From: Eledone cirrhosa
Lineage: Eukaryota
Direction of reading: 5' to 3'
NCBI GenBank assembly: GCA_964016885.1
Contig: OZ024757.1
Coordinates: forward strand, 34,286,001 to 34,350,000
Length of the DNA stretch: 64,000 bases
Positions 23,082-37,253 of the stretch are shown piece after piece (the stretch's first letter is position 1; each line of letters starts with the position of its first letter). Below the pieces are notes generated by a model, which had not been told where the DNA came from, ran no database searches, and saw only the letters and a list, made by a program, of their open reading frames with translations. The position numbers were made by a program, and so were the translations under genes.

Positions 23082-25591
23082 AGATTGCATAATGTTAATC
23101 AATAAAAGGAATTATGGCCGACATAAACATGGAATATATTTGATCCAGAGATGGCTCACGAAATGACCAGTTTTACCCATTGGTAAACCACACAACATAA
23201 ATGGTATATATATATATCATCATCGTTTTTACATCCACCTTTCCATGCTTGCATGGGTTGGATGGGTCTTTCCCACCACAGCATCTCTCCACTTGTCGTG
23301 TTCCTTCGTCATCTCCTGTCAGTCTTAGCGATTTAAGGTCCACTCTCACAACCTCTGCCCAGATCTTTCTTGATCTACCTCTACTGCAGCTTCCTCCCAT
23401 GGGATTTTTTGGCATTTCTTTATATATATATATATATATACACACACGTACAAAACTATAGAAATAATCATGTATGCAAAGTGGTTGAATTAAGAAACCC
23501 AGGAAAAATTTGTTCACTTTTTTTCCATCTGCAGGAGTACATAACCTGATTTTCTCAACTATCATTTATAATGATTGACTACTGTTGTGACCAGTGCTGG
23601 ACTTTACTTAAATGCTAAAGTACAGCTAAGGGTCAAGCACCCTTGTAGGCCTTATTTTTAAAAATATATTTTTATTTTATCACTAAATCAACAATTATAT
23701 ATATATAATTTATTCTTTATCATCATCATGCAATGTCCATCTTCCATGCTAGCATGGGTTGGATGGTTTTGTTCCACTTGAGGTGGGATTAGTTGGGAGA
23801 CCGTCTCGCTCATACAGAACTGTCCTTGGCAGGTTTTTTTACAGCTGGATGCCCTTCCTAACACCAACCACATTTACAGTGTGGACTGTGATCCTTTGTA
23901 CCGTGTGGACTATGTGCTTTTTGTTGTGTCAACAACACGACCACTTTACAGTGGACGGAAATAGGAGGATGGAGTAGGGTGTGTGGTGTATATTGGGTTA
24001 AGAGGTGTCTACTGACTAGGTTTAAGTTTGTATGCAAGGGAAGGCAGGTCTTCTGTATAACTGCATTAACATTAATATAAAAAATAATAATGTATAATCA
24101 TTTTACATTTTTTTACCCAAATTGTTTTAGAGTAGGACCTCAAATTTCATTTAGCTTAAGGCCTTAGCAGGTCAATGACTAGCTCCGACTTCCACTGTGA
24201 TTGGATCACATTATCTCAAAGTATGTTTTTTTTTGTCACTGAAGACCCCTCTCTCCTGCAAAAATTGAAACTATCATCACAAATTCACACACACATATCA
24301 ATGAAGCAAATCAATACTCTTGTTCACTTTGCAGAGCAAACTGGACAGCTAACTCATAGGGCAAAACCACTTCTACACCCACTGTAATGTAGAAACACTA
24401 TATTAACCATGTGTACACTACAGTTATATAACATAAACATCACATCTCTCAGAAATATGACTGATTCCAGCCATCAATCTTTTAAGATTCCCCAACCCTC
24501 AGTTGACTAACACTTAATTCATAGTAAAGAAAAGTTTTGGACATCAGTGTGGACAGCACAATTGCCTTTGCACTCAACAAAGAGGCCAATATCAACAACA
24601 GAGTGTGACCTTTTCTTCAACAAGGCCAAGTGGACCACATAGTGTAGCCTTTGTCCTCAACAAAGCCAATGTTAATGTGGTTTGTATCTCAAATATAGTA
24701 TCTTTACTAGTGGATAGATCTAAGTGAAGATCTGCAGTATCCAACCACAGACTTTAATTTATAATGTGATGCAGTCATAGTGGTGTTTTGAACTCTCCAA
24801 GTGTTAATTCCAATGTTTATAGTAGCTTTACAAAATGAAATTAATAAAATAAACTAAATAATAATAGGAGTTTCTTTATTTGCCACAAGGACAGTTTACA
24901 TCATCATCGTTTTTATGTCCGCTTTTCCATGCTTGCATGGGTTGGACAGGTCCTTCTCAACACGACATCTCTCTACACATCGCGATCCTTTGTCATCACC
25001 ACTGAGTCTCAGTGATTTGAGATCAGCTCTCAACCTCTGCCCAGGTCTTTCTTGGTCTACCTCTCCTGTCACTTCCTGGCAGTTCTTCACCCAACAATCA
25101 TTGTCCATGCGCATCATATGTCCAAACAAATGCAGTCTTCTCTCCTGTACACTACCCTGAATTCCTCTGAAACCCAGCACTAGTTTGACTCCTACTTCTC
25201 CCAATGCTTTTAGCATCTCTGATATTACATATCAGAGAAAGTACAAAAATCAGTGAGACATTATATATATATAAACATTGTATAATTGTATATGCTTTCA
25301 TATACAACTATTATAAATAATTATGTAGGTGCTTACTGCTAACTAAACTTTGGATAAGTTCTTTACCCTTTCAAATAGTTGATGATGATGAGTTATAAAA
25401 CAGAAAATAGAGTCCCCTCACTCAACAGTCAACATCTTTTGTGGTAAGAACACATCATTGTATAATATTACTATTCTTATTTACTCCCTAAAATATTTCT
25501 ATGTATAAATATTGTACTGTATGTACATATATAATACTATCTATATATATATATATATTATACTGTCAATGAATATATGTTATACTCTCAA

Positions 25592-27570
25592 TATATATAG
25601 CACTGTCTCTATATATATATATATAGCACTGTCTATATATATATATATATAGCACTGTCTATATATATATATATATATATATAGCACTGTCTATATATAT
25701 ATATATATAGCACTGTCTATATATATATATATATAGCACTGTCTATATATATATATATATATTGCACTGTCTATATATATATATATATTGCACTGTCTAT
25801 ATATATATATATATTGCACTGTCTATATATATATATATATTGCACTGTCTATATATATATATATATTGCACTGTCTATATATATATATATATTGCACTGT
25901 CTATATATATATATATATTGCACTGTCTATATATATATATATATTGCACTGTCTATATATATATATATTGCACTGTCTATATATATATATATATTGCACT
26001 GTCTATATATATATATATATATTGCACTGTCTATATATATATATATATTGCACTGTCTATATATATATATATATAGCACTGTCTATATATATATATATAT
26101 AGCACTGTCTATATATATATATATATATAGCACTGTCTATATATATATATATATATTGCACTGTCTATATATATATATATATTGCACTGTCTATATATAT
26201 ATATATATATATTGCACTGTCTATATATATATATATTGCACTGTCTATATATATATATATTGCACTGTCTATATATATATATATATATTGCACTGTCTAT
26301 ATATATATATATATATATATATTGCACTGTCTATATATATATATATATATTGCACTGTCTATATATATATATATATATTGCACTGTCTATATATATATAT
26401 ATATATTGCACTGTCTATATATATATATATATAGCACTGTCTCTATATATATATATATATATATATAGCACTGTCTATATATATATATATAGCACTGTCT
26501 ATATATATATATATAGCACTGTCTATATATATATATATTGCACTGTCTATATATATATATATTGCACTGTCTATATATATATATATATTGCACTGTCTAT
26601 ATATATATATATATTGCACTGTCTATATATATATATATATTGCACTGTCTATATATATATATATATTGCACTGTCTATATATATATATATATTGCACTGT
26701 CTATATATATATATATATTGCACTGTCTATATATATATATATATTGCACTGTCTATATATATATATATATTGCACTGTCTATATATATATATATATTGCA
26801 CTGTCTATATATATATATATTGCACTGTCTATATATATATATATAGCACTGTCTATATATATATAGCACTGTCTATATATATATATATAGCACTGTCTAT
26901 ATATATATATATATATAGCACTGTCTATATATATATATATAGCACTGTCTATATATATATAGCACTGTCTATATATATATATATATATATATATAGCACT
27001 GTCTATATATATATATATATAAAGCACTGTCTATATATATATATATATAAAGCACTGTCTATATATATATATATATATAGCACTGTCTATATATATATAT
27101 ATATAGCACTGTCTATATATATATATATATATAGCACTGTCTATATATATATATATAGCACTGTCTATATATATATATATAGCACTGTCTATATATATAT
27201 ATATAGCACTGTCTATATATATATATATATAGCACTGTCTATATATATATATATAGCACTGTATATATATATATATATATATAGCACTGTATATATATAT
27301 ATATATATATAGCACTGTATATATATATATATATATATATAGCACTGTATATATATATATATATATATATAGCACTGTATATATATATATATATATATAT
27401 AGCACTGTCTATATATATATATATAGCACTGTCTATATATATATATATAGCACTGTCTATATATATATATATATATAGCACTGTCTCTATATATATATAT
27501 ATATATATAGCACTGTCTATATATATATATATATATATATAGCACTGTCTATATATATATATATATATAC
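25592..27570. repeat. ~2-kb compound minisatellite GCACTGTCT(AT)n
   Basis: Roughly 70-75 copies (estimated from length) of GCACTGT(C/A)T separated by variable AT tracts. All YIYI ORFs here are artefacts. Confidence 0.97.
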
Positions 27571-27706
27571 TGTCAATGTACCATCATCGTCTTCGTCTAA
27601 TGTCCATCTTCCACGCTAGCATGGGTTAGACGGTTTTGTTCCATTTGATGCGGGATTGGTCAGGAGACCGTGTCTCACTCGTATGGAAGTGTATATACAT
27701 ATTGTA

Positions 27707-27738
<32 letters not shown>

Positions 27739-27929
27739 TATACTGTCAATATATCGCACTGTGTATTAGACATTATTATTATCATGCATAAAAGTTGTTT
27801 GCTTAATTTTTTTGGTGTTTTTTTTTCTCATCAAAAATTTCTTCGGAACACATCTCACTTTGTAACATGGAAATCAACGGAAAAATAGGTTCTGTGTTAT
27901 GACAAGATTTCCAGGAACTTTGGGGGATA

Positions 27930-28430
27930 CCTTCTTCTTCTTCGCCCACTTATTCCTTAGAGGGTCGTGGGGGGCAGAGTCCTCAAACACTCTGTCCAGC
28001 GGTTCCTCTCAGAAGTAGCTGTCTTCAACTGATCTGGTTGGATCCCCAGCGTGACCAGCCAAGCTCATGGATGTTATCCAACCATCTTGCCCAGGGGTCA
28101 ACCCCTGGGTCTCTTGCTGGTTGGTTTTGCCCATAAAGTCAGTCCTGAGACATTCTAACTACACGAGAGCTGTGATCTCTCAATTCGGAGAAGTAGTGGC
28201 TCTACCTGGAGTTACTCTCTGATCTCTGAGCTACATATTCTTTCCTGAGTCATTCTAACCACATGTCCATAGTATCAGAGCTGTGATCTCTCAATTCAGA
28301 GAAGTAGTGGCTCTACCTGGAGTGACTCTCTGATCTTCGAGTTACGCACTTTATCAAGTAACGTTACTCCAAAAACCCTTTCGAGGAATCCCATTTCGGC
28401 CACTTGTATTTGCGATCGTATTCTTTAGTG
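27930..28430 (-). mobile_element. RTE/BovB-like LINE 3' end; related copies at ~36545-36775+, 42270-42635+, 45945-46400-
   Basis: Shared 3' tail CTGCCCCCACGACCCTCTAAGGAATAAGTGGGCGAAGAAGAAG. The 46-kb copy encodes NSVFMPTLTYGHESWVMT. Confidence 0.8.
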
Positions 28431-29119
28431 GGGGAAACCCATATTACCTTTGGGATATTTTAAAAATATATCCCAAAGGTAAGTTATTTCACCAATGTAG
28501 ATATAAAAAAACTACAGTCATCACTTGCAATCGGGTATGACTTTGTAGTATATACCGAGTTTTTGGTGCCTAAGCAGTCCCTCCTTTGACCCAGTGGAAC
28601 AACCAGGATGTGAAAGATGGAAGGAAAGAAGGCCAGCACTGGATTGGTACATTCTTCATTGACCTCAAAAGGCTTATGGCAAAGTGGATCTCAATAGACA
28701 CAGACGCCCTCTCAACTTTCCCTTTCCCTCTTTTGAACCAATGGAATATCCAGAATGAGACAACTGGAAGGAAAAAGAGGTCTGCACCAACATTGGATTG
28801 GTACGTTCTTCATTGACCCCCAAAAGGATGTAAGGCAAAGTGGACTTTGGCAGGATTTGAACTGAGAACTCTGACACCTCAACCAAATAGCCAATGCTGT
28901 AATGACTTTGCCAAACTGACTGCCTGATGTGGTTAGGTAGTACATAGTTTTGGGAGGTTGTTATCACACTGTTATATCTTCTTTACTGTGAATATATTTA
29001 GGTTACATCAAATATTGTTCTCACAGAATAACTGTTGACAGTGATATGGGTACTTTTCTGCATGAAGATATACATGAGGAGTTAAGTGATACTTTGAAAA
29101 CAATGATTTATCACAGATA

Positions 29120-30055
29120 TTAGTTATATGATTTCTCTCCTGAGAGGATACATTTGTGTCTAGTGAAACTACTTATCTGAGAGAACGATTTACCACAAAT
29201 ATCACAGTGATATGGCTTCTCTCCTGTATGAATACGTTTGTGCTCGGTTAAGACACCACTTCGAGAGAAGGATTTACCACAGATATCACAGTGATATGGT
29301 TTCTCTCCTGTATGAATACGTCGGTGTTTAGTTAAATTGTCATTTCCAGAGAATGATTTACCACAGACCTCACAATGATAAGGCTTCTCTCCAGTATGTA
29401 TGCGTTTATGTTTAGTTAAGACACCGCTCTGAGAGAATGATCTCCCACAGGTATCACAGTGATAAGGCCTTTCCCCTGTATGAATGCGGTTATGTTCAGT
29501 TAAGTCCCCACTTTGAGAGAATGCTTTACCACAGACATTACAGTGATATGGCCTCTCCCCTGTATGAATGCGTATGTGTCTAGTTAAGTCACTTGTTTTA
29601 GAGAATGATTTACTACAGATATTACACTCATAAGGCTTTTCGCCAGTATGAATGCGTTTGTGTATAGTCAGTTGACTACTTACAGACAAAGATTTCCCAC
29701 ATATATCACAGTGATATGGCTTCTCTCCTGTATGAATACGTTTGTGTTTCGTTAAGTCACTATTTCCAGTAAAGGATCTACCACAGATATCACAGTGATA
29801 CGGCTTCTCTCCAGTATGGATGCGTCTGTGTTTAGTTAAGTCACTATTTCCAGAGAATGATTTCCCACAGATATCGCAATGATAAGGTTTTTCTCCTGTA
29901 TGAATACGTGTGTGAGTAGTGAGGTTACGTTTCTGAGAGAAAGACTTTTTACAGATAACACAATAGTGCGATGTTTTCAACAGCTCTTCAGGAAAATCAA
30001 TACTTCCAACTTCTGTTTTAATTTTAATCTGTTTCTCGCATAATTCATTTTCCAT
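29120..30055 (-). CDS. C2H2 zinc-finger protein ZNF3 (311 aa from MENELCEK; 9 fingers plus terminal H-x-C finger)
   Basis: ATG at 30055 is homologous to the paralog starts. Acceptor at 30572; first-exon donor at 31354. Confidence 0.94.
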   Translation of the reverse strand: MENELCEKQIKIKTEVGSIDFPEELLKTSHYCVICKKSFSQKRNLTTHTRIHTGEKPYHCDICGKSFSGNSDLTKHRRIHTGEKPYHCDICGRSFTGNSDLTKHKRIHTGEKPYHCDICGKSLSVSSQLTIHKRIHTGEKPYECNICSKSFSKTSDLTRHIRIHTGERPYHCNVCGKAFSQSGDLTEHNRIHTGERPYHCDTCGRSFSQSGVLTKHKRIHTGEKPYHCEVCGKSFSGNDNLTKHRRIHTGEKPYHCDICGKSFSRSGVLTEHKRIHTGEKPYHCDICGKSFSQISSFTRHKCILSGEKSYN

Positions 30056-31348
30056 AATTTTTTGTTTCTCACCTCTCAACAAGGGGAAATTTTCTTCTTT
30101 CAATGTCTTATTCCTAACAAATATATCTTCTGCTATATTTCCATCGATTGAGATATTTGTTGATAGCAGGAAATACTGCACATTCCTTCACAAATTTGTC
30201 TTCATTCCATTGTTACTATTAATCTCAGTTCAGAGGAAATATTTTACAGTAATTCCACCATAGATTTATATATAAACAGGGTTAAATCTGTTCTATATAA
30301 CATTTCCCTTTAGTTTTTGAAAGATGACAAATATTGGTAATAGTGTCTGAAGTGTGAAATCTCCTATGTATAACATTTTTCTTTAGTCTTTAAAAGATAA
30401 CAAATATTGTTTCTTCTTTCGGCACAAGGCCAGCAATTACCCAATGCATTACTGGTACTTTATTTTATCGACCCCGTAAGGATGAAAGGCAAAGTTAACC
30501 TCGACAAGATAACAAATATTGATGATGCTTCTATATTCCAGTATTCCTTGATGCCAATATCATCTGATATTCTGAAATAATAGAGAAATAGTATAAAATA
30601 TAGATACTGGGCAAAAGTCATAGCAGTGTATTATTTACATGTAACATTATGTTAAACTCTACAATACTGAATGCAACATTCTTCTCTCTTCACAAACTCC
30701 ATTCATCGTTGCGCGGCTGTTCTTAAGTTGTTTAGCCCTAGGTCAGTCTTGGTCGTAAAGATCTATAATCAAAGGCGTTGTATTTCTAGGACTACATTAT
30801 TCAATGTGTCTCTACATTTTGAAAACTGCGGGGTTGTAATTTGAAGGAAATGTGACTGCTATTTCTAGCAGGTCAAATGACCACCTGTGTAGTTTGTTTT
30901 AGGCTTTTCCGTGTAAGCGATGATGAGAGGAGCAATAGGTGACGGATGGCATGTGACGGCCGCTAGATGTGTCAAAATCGTTACACCAAGCAAGCTTCCT
31001 CGTAAAATGACACATGTCACTATTGCTAGAAATTATTTAAATTTGAGATATTTTTCGAGAATGGCGTCCGGCAGTATTTGTTCCAGAAAGACAGAGTGAA
31101 CAGACAGAAGATTAAGATTAGCACACACACAAAAGCCCCCGAACGTTGGAAGATAAAAACAAATAAATATCATATATCGAGCTTAATAAATTCAAAAATA
31201 AGAGATTTTAGTTTGGAAATATTACCATGTACGTAAAAGTCATGACGATGGATATCTTTTTCCGATACTGTGTTTTCATTTCCATATAATTACTTTATCC
31301 GCTAAGAAATATGACACATTATTACAGTATTAAAGTAAATCTTTGTAT

Positions 31349-32176
31349 ACTTACCGTTTTCAGATATAAACAATGAATATGTGTGTTGTGCTTTTTTACC
31401 AGTTGACGAAAGAAATGATCTGTGAGATCGTGTTTTAGGAAGATTTTCGCAACTTTATTCTATATCATGAAGCTAAGAAATAGTGCCGTGATCGGAATAA
31501 AGCTTTCAAGCTAACTTACTGTTTTTAGCCGCTGTTTCGATATGAAGTACGTGCGAATTCTTTTTAATATTGGCACAAGGGAAGTTATTAAGAGAATGGC
31601 GAAGGCGACTATGTCGACCTAGTACTTAAGTGGTACTTTATTATAAATAATTCTTTTTAACATTGACACAAGGCCTGCAATTTTGGGGAAGAAAAGATGA
31701 ATATACTGGTCTCCAATACTTAACTAGTACTTTATTTTATCGATCACGGAAATATATAGATAGATATATGTGTGTGTGTGACAAACAGAAAATTATTTGT
31801 CGCTGATGTACTGAAAATCTCAATAAATGATAGCTAAAAATATCACTTAAAGAATTATATAGAAATATAGAGTAACTTTTACAAAGTTAGCTATGAGAGA
31901 TTCGTAGCAGAGCAGTCTAAAATAAGCTCGCTCTACTCTATATAATTGTATGTATGTATATATATATATATAAATGGTGTCGAAACTGTGGCGAAAAGCA
32001 TAAACTCAGCTTTACTGTTCCAAGACACGAGTTTGTTGCTAATGAAAGAAGCAATACCAACGCCAATGTCGTAGAATAAAGTTGATAAAACATTTACACA
32101 CGCCCCAATCTATCAACAAGGAGATTAATTTCTGTCATCGTTTGGTAAAAAGCACAACACATTGCTTACGGTAAGT
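31349..32176. promoter_or_regulatory. Divergent promoter region of ZNF3 (-) and ZNF4 (+)
   Basis: Minus strand: TATCGAAACAGCGGCT at 31542 and ACG|GTAAGT at 31354. Plus strand: TGTCGAAACTGTGGCG at 31978 and ACG|GTAAGT at 32171. Confidence 0.6.
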
Positions 32177-33782
32177 GTATAAAAATTTGCTTTAAAACTG
32201 TTATGGTGTGTGTAAATAACTGAATTCTGTTCCCATTCAAGGATACAGTAATTATATTATAGCGATTTTTTAAATTCAGACACAAGGATAGCGATTATAT
32301 CAATCCCAATACTTGGCTGGTGCTATATTTTATCGACTCTGGAAGGATAAAAGGTAAAGTTGACAGACCGTAACGAATATATTGCAAATAACAATTGCAC
32401 TAACTTAACGATTTTCATAAAAGAGGTGTCTATGAAGGCATATATGTTATGTAAAGTGATAGTGCTGGTACCAATACCAAAAGCACCCAGTCCACCTTGT
32501 AAAGTGCCGAAGTCACGATAAAATGTCTCCTGTATACGCTGTAGGGTGATTGGTGTTAGAAAGGACATCCAACCGTAGAAACCATGCTTCCAGTTCACGA
32601 TATGAAGTGGTTGGTGTTATGAAGGGCATCCAACCGCAGAAACCATGCTCCCAGTTCACGCTGTGGAGTGGTTGGCATCCGGAAGGGCACCCAGCTCCAG
32701 AAACCATGCCAAAACGAAGTAGGACATGGTCACCTGACCAGTCAGGCCTCAGCACGCAACAACCGGTATAAAACATACAAGCATGGAAAATAGATATTAA
32801 ATGGTGGTAACGATGAGGAAAATGATGAAATGTAATAAAAGTTTCAACTACAGCCTTTATATCTTATACAGTTTCTCTATTATTTCAGAATAGCAGATGC
32901 CATTGGCATAAAAGAAATATTTACTGCAGATACATCAATGCTATTTATTAGCTTTGAAAAACTAAAAGATGACATAATACAGAACTGATATAACCCTTTT
33001 TATATAAGTCTATGGGAGTTACTGAGAGATATTTCCTTGGAGTGAGATTATTTGCAAGATGTTTCCTCATCATTGTTTGGAATGTTTACAAGATTGTTTG
33101 ACATCCTAATTAAACTTGAATGAATTTGCAGCATCTTCAGATTCATGGACTGGGCACCATGTTGTATTCTTGAACAAGATATTGTTTTTCATGACGGGAC
33201 TGGCACCCCTCTCATTAAAACACCCAAGAAACCTTCTATGGAATGCAACCTCATATGAAACCAACCAAACCTTTATATGTGTGAGCTGTAAATTTCACTT
33301 CATTTTTAAGGCAGATTGCAGTTGATAGAAATATACCAGTTGAAGTATGTATATATTTTTTTTTTTTGCTCACCCCAAGCAAAGCAATAAAGCCACTAAA
33401 ATGCAAGGAATTACTGAGAAGGAAAAAGACAAAAGAGTGAGAACATAATTCAAGGAGAGAAAAGATAGTGATTGATGTTGCTTTTGAATTTTTGTAAATT
33501 GTACTTAGTGGTCAGGAAACCAAGAAGTCACAAGAGAATTCTATATGCAAGAATATCAGAATAGTATTTTTGTGATAGCATTTAAGAACTTCAACTGTAA
33601 ATGGATATGACCTAGCTGGTGTTCCGTTTAAGCTCATGAAGATGTGGCAACAAAGAGTAAAACTCATAAGAACAATTCCCATGAAATTATTTATAAAAAA
33701 TGCAGAGAGAGTTCAGAATAAATACATATAAAACAGGTAAAGAACAAATATATCCATATACTGTGGTGAGAGAAGAAAAATA

Positions 33783-34718
33783 ATGGCAAAGGAATTATGT
33801 GAGAAGCAGGCAATGTGTAAAACACTGTCTAAAAGGATTGGTTTTCCTGATGAGGTAGGAAAAACAGTGTACCATTGTGATATCTGTAAAAAGTCTTTCT
33901 CTCAAAATGGCAACCTAACTACTCACAAACGTATTCATACAGGAGAAAAACCATATAACTGTGATATCTGTGGAAAATCTTTCACACAAAGTGGAGTCTT
34001 AACTAAACACAAACGCATTCATACAGGAGAGAAGCCATATTACTGTGATATCTGTGGTAAATCTTTTTCTCAAATGTGGGTCTTAACTAAACACAAACGC
34101 ATTCATACAGGAGAAAAGCCGTATCATTGTGATATCTGTGGTAAATCGTTTTCGCAAAATTGTAACTTAACTAAACACAATCGAATTCATACAGGAGAAA
34201 AACCATATCACTGTGATATCTGTGGGAAGTCATTCTCTGAAAGTAGTAATTTAACTGCTCATGTACGTATCCATACAGGAGAGAGACCATACTTCTGTGA
34301 TATATGTGGTAAATCTTTCTCTGGTAACTGTGACTTGACTAAACATAAACACATTCATACACGAGACAAGCCATATGAATGTGATATTTGTGGTAAATCA
34401 TTCTCTAGAAATGGGGAATTAACTTCTCACAGACGCGTTCATACAGGAGAGAAGCCATATGATTGTGATATCTGTGGTAAATCGTTTTCTCGAAATACTG
34501 AATTAACTACTCACATACGTGTACATACAGGAGAGAGGCCTTATGAATGTGATATCTGTGGAAAATCATTCTCTCAAAATCACCATGTAACTAAACACAA
34601 ACGCATTCATACAGGAGAGAAACCATATCTCTGTGATATCTGTGGTAAATCTTTTTCTCTAACAGGCAATTTAACTAGACACATGTATTTACACACAGGA
34701 GAAAAGCCATATAACTGA
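33783..34718 (+). CDS. C2H2 zinc-finger protein ZNF4 (311 aa; 10 fingers)
   Basis: Intact ORF; acceptor at 32888. Confidence 0.95.
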   Translation: MAKELCEKQAMCKTLSKRIGFPDEVGKTVYHCDICKKSFSQNGNLTTHKRIHTGEKPYNCDICGKSFTQSGVLTKHKRIHTGEKPYYCDICGKSFSQMWVLTKHKRIHTGEKPYHCDICGKSFSQNCNLTKHNRIHTGEKPYHCDICGKSFSESSNLTAHVRIHTGERPYFCDICGKSFSGNCDLTKHKHIHTRDKPYECDICGKSFSRNGELTSHRRVHTGEKPYDCDICGKSFSRNTELTTHIRVHTGERPYECDICGKSFSQNHHVTKHKRIHTGEKPYLCDICGKSFSLTGNLTRHMYLHTGEKPYN

Positions 34719-37087
34719 TATTTCCAATAAATCTTTCTCCCCCTCCAAATCAAATTAACTATACATTTATTTGTGAACGCTTGTGATCAAGTGGTTAGGG
34801 TGTTTGACTTCCGATCATAATATTGTGGGTTTGATTCTTTGACTGAGTTGTGTGTTGTGTTCTTCAGCGAAACACTTTCACATTGTCCCAGTACACCAAG
34901 ATGAAAATGTGTAGCAACAGTAGCTTGGGCTTAACCTGCTAATGGACTGGTGTCCGGTTCAGGGGAATCTTGAACCCTCAGTCACTTACTGCCAGTGAAA
35001 CCGAGGTAAGAACCAGCCTGACAAGTCTCTGGGCTTGAGACAGACTTTAACTTTATTACATGTATTTATTGATACAGAAACTGGTGGAGGATCTGCCATA
35101 TATTGTGTTGTGTGAACATAACTTTATCTAGTGCTATTTTTCATATGCATCCTCAACACATACAGACTTAACTCTTGCTGTGTCTATCTATCTATCTGTG
35201 AAGATCGATATATAGTATGTATGTATGGACCTGTCACCCTTGGTGGAGTCGTAGGGGTGCCATAGTGATAAACAGCATTCATGTTAAACATGGCAGAGCC
35301 CATCCCCTCACCAGGTCTGAACAAAGCCAATTTCTTCCAAAGAAAGTGAGTGGATGATAGAGAAGTAGAAGAATCGACCCCAGTACAGGACTGATACTTT
35401 TTTTATGATCCTCAAAAAATGAAAGGCAAAGTTGACCTGACTTTTATATTGAATAACAGATTCACTAAAAAAATATGTTTTTAAGTTCTTTGAAAGTATG
35501 GAGAGTGGAAAGAAGTCTTTGGCCTTGTAAGGGTCAAGGAAACATCTCTAGTGCCATAATAAAATGCACACAATATACTCGGTAAAGTGGATGACAGTTG
35601 ATAGGACATCCAGCCATAGTAACTTAACCTTATCATCATTGTTTAACATGTTTTCCCTGTTAGCAAGGGTTTGACATAACATCACAGGCTAGTCAATACT
35701 TAAGTGGAGTCTCAGATCTCATTATCATCATCATCGTCATCATTTAATGTCCATTTAAGAGTTGGACATGTCATCACAGACCGGTCAGTATTCAAGCGAA
35801 ACCTCTGACCTGTCAGTAGGATTGGGGCCTAACATATGATCCCACTCTCTACCAAGTGCATTTTATTCTGGAACCAACCCTAGGGAAGTTGTTATGTCTC
35901 CAAAAAGAACTGGTTCAGTCCCTAACGACTTGTCCAGCCCATACCAGCCTAGAAAGTCTGTCTTAAGCCAGAAGGCTTGTTAGGCTGGTGCTTATCCTGG
36001 TTTCATGGCATCCTGTGAGTACAAAACTCACAGGATGCCAGTCCATCACAGGGTTAAATCCCCAGCTATTTCTATTACTCCTTTTCAGCTGAGTATACAG
36101 GAGCAACATGAAATGAAGTGTTTTGCTCAAGAACACAACATGCAACCCAGCCCAGGAATCAAACCCACGACATGATCATAAGTCCTACACCCTTACCACT
36201 AGGCCACACACCTAAAAGGCAGACATAAAATGATGATAGTGATGTATTTATATATATTTTCACTTACCATTTATGTGTAACTTGATTAGTTTTTAAAAAT
36301 AATGTTTATGCATTTAAACCTTTTATATGTATCTATAACTTGTCAGTTCCAGTTACATGCAATAAACAGACTGATGTGTAAATTTCATGGCTTTAATTTC
36401 TGTGTTTGATGGGGACACCAGACCTGAAGTGCTTTGGACACCCCAAAGACTTAAGTCAGACATGGGCAACCATTTTCAAGTAGTGGGCTGGATGAGATAT
36501 GGCTCATCATACGGTAGGCCAGAGTACCCCAAAAAAATTCAAAGTTATTTTAGGCATGTGGCTAGAATATCTCAGGAAAGAATCGCTGGACAGATTTTAC
36601 TGGCAAAACCAACCAGCAGGAGACCCTGAGCAAAATGGTTGGATAAGATCCATGAGCTTGGCTGGTCATGCTTGAGGATCCAGTTGGAGATGGTTGCTTC
36701 TGACATGACCTGCTGTAAGGAGTTTGAGGATTCTGCCCCTAAAACCCTCTCAGGAATAAGTGGGCAAAGAAGAAGGTAATTTTGAAATTAGGTATATTAT
36801 TCAGAAAGCCAAATGGGCCACAATTTACCCACAACTGGTCTAAATGCAACCAACATGCTATCTGATTTGTCTTACTACAAAAGACCTGCCTCTCAGTACA
36901 AACACTGCAACACTAAAAATAAATATGATGAGATCACAGTCTATATGGTGTGGCCCCTTAACCTCAGCCACAACTGAATACATTCAATACCCTCTTCTAC
37001 CTGCACACCCTGTAAAGTCCTGAGTGAACAACCAGAGACAATATAAGTGCAATTGTAGATTGCAGCCAGTACACTCTGTAGTCATAG

Positions 37088-37253
37088 GTAGTGTCTTTCA
37101 TTAGAAATATGGTAACACAATGGTTAAAATAATTTGAGAAAAGTCAGTGAATTATTTAAAAACCATTCCTTATGTCTTCTGTTCTGGGTTTATTTCCATT
37201 ACTTTATTGGTTCTTTAACTCATTTGTTCCATATTTCTAATGAAAGACACTGC
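37088..37253. repeat. Small inverted-repeat element (MITE-like)
   Basis: GTAGTGTCTTTCATTAGAAATATGG ... CCATATTTCTAATGAAAGACACTGC. Confidence 0.7.

Noticed and set aside
25592-27570. CRISPR-like array or YIYI-repeat proteins
   Set aside because: Spacers are pure (AT)n, there are no cas genes and the context is eukaryotic. The ORFs are microsatellite artefacts.
30056-30181. 42-aa N-terminal extension of ZNF3 in the ORF track
   Set aside because: It starts at GTG and is homologous to sequence that is closed 5' UTR in paralogs. The ATG at 30055 matches the family start.
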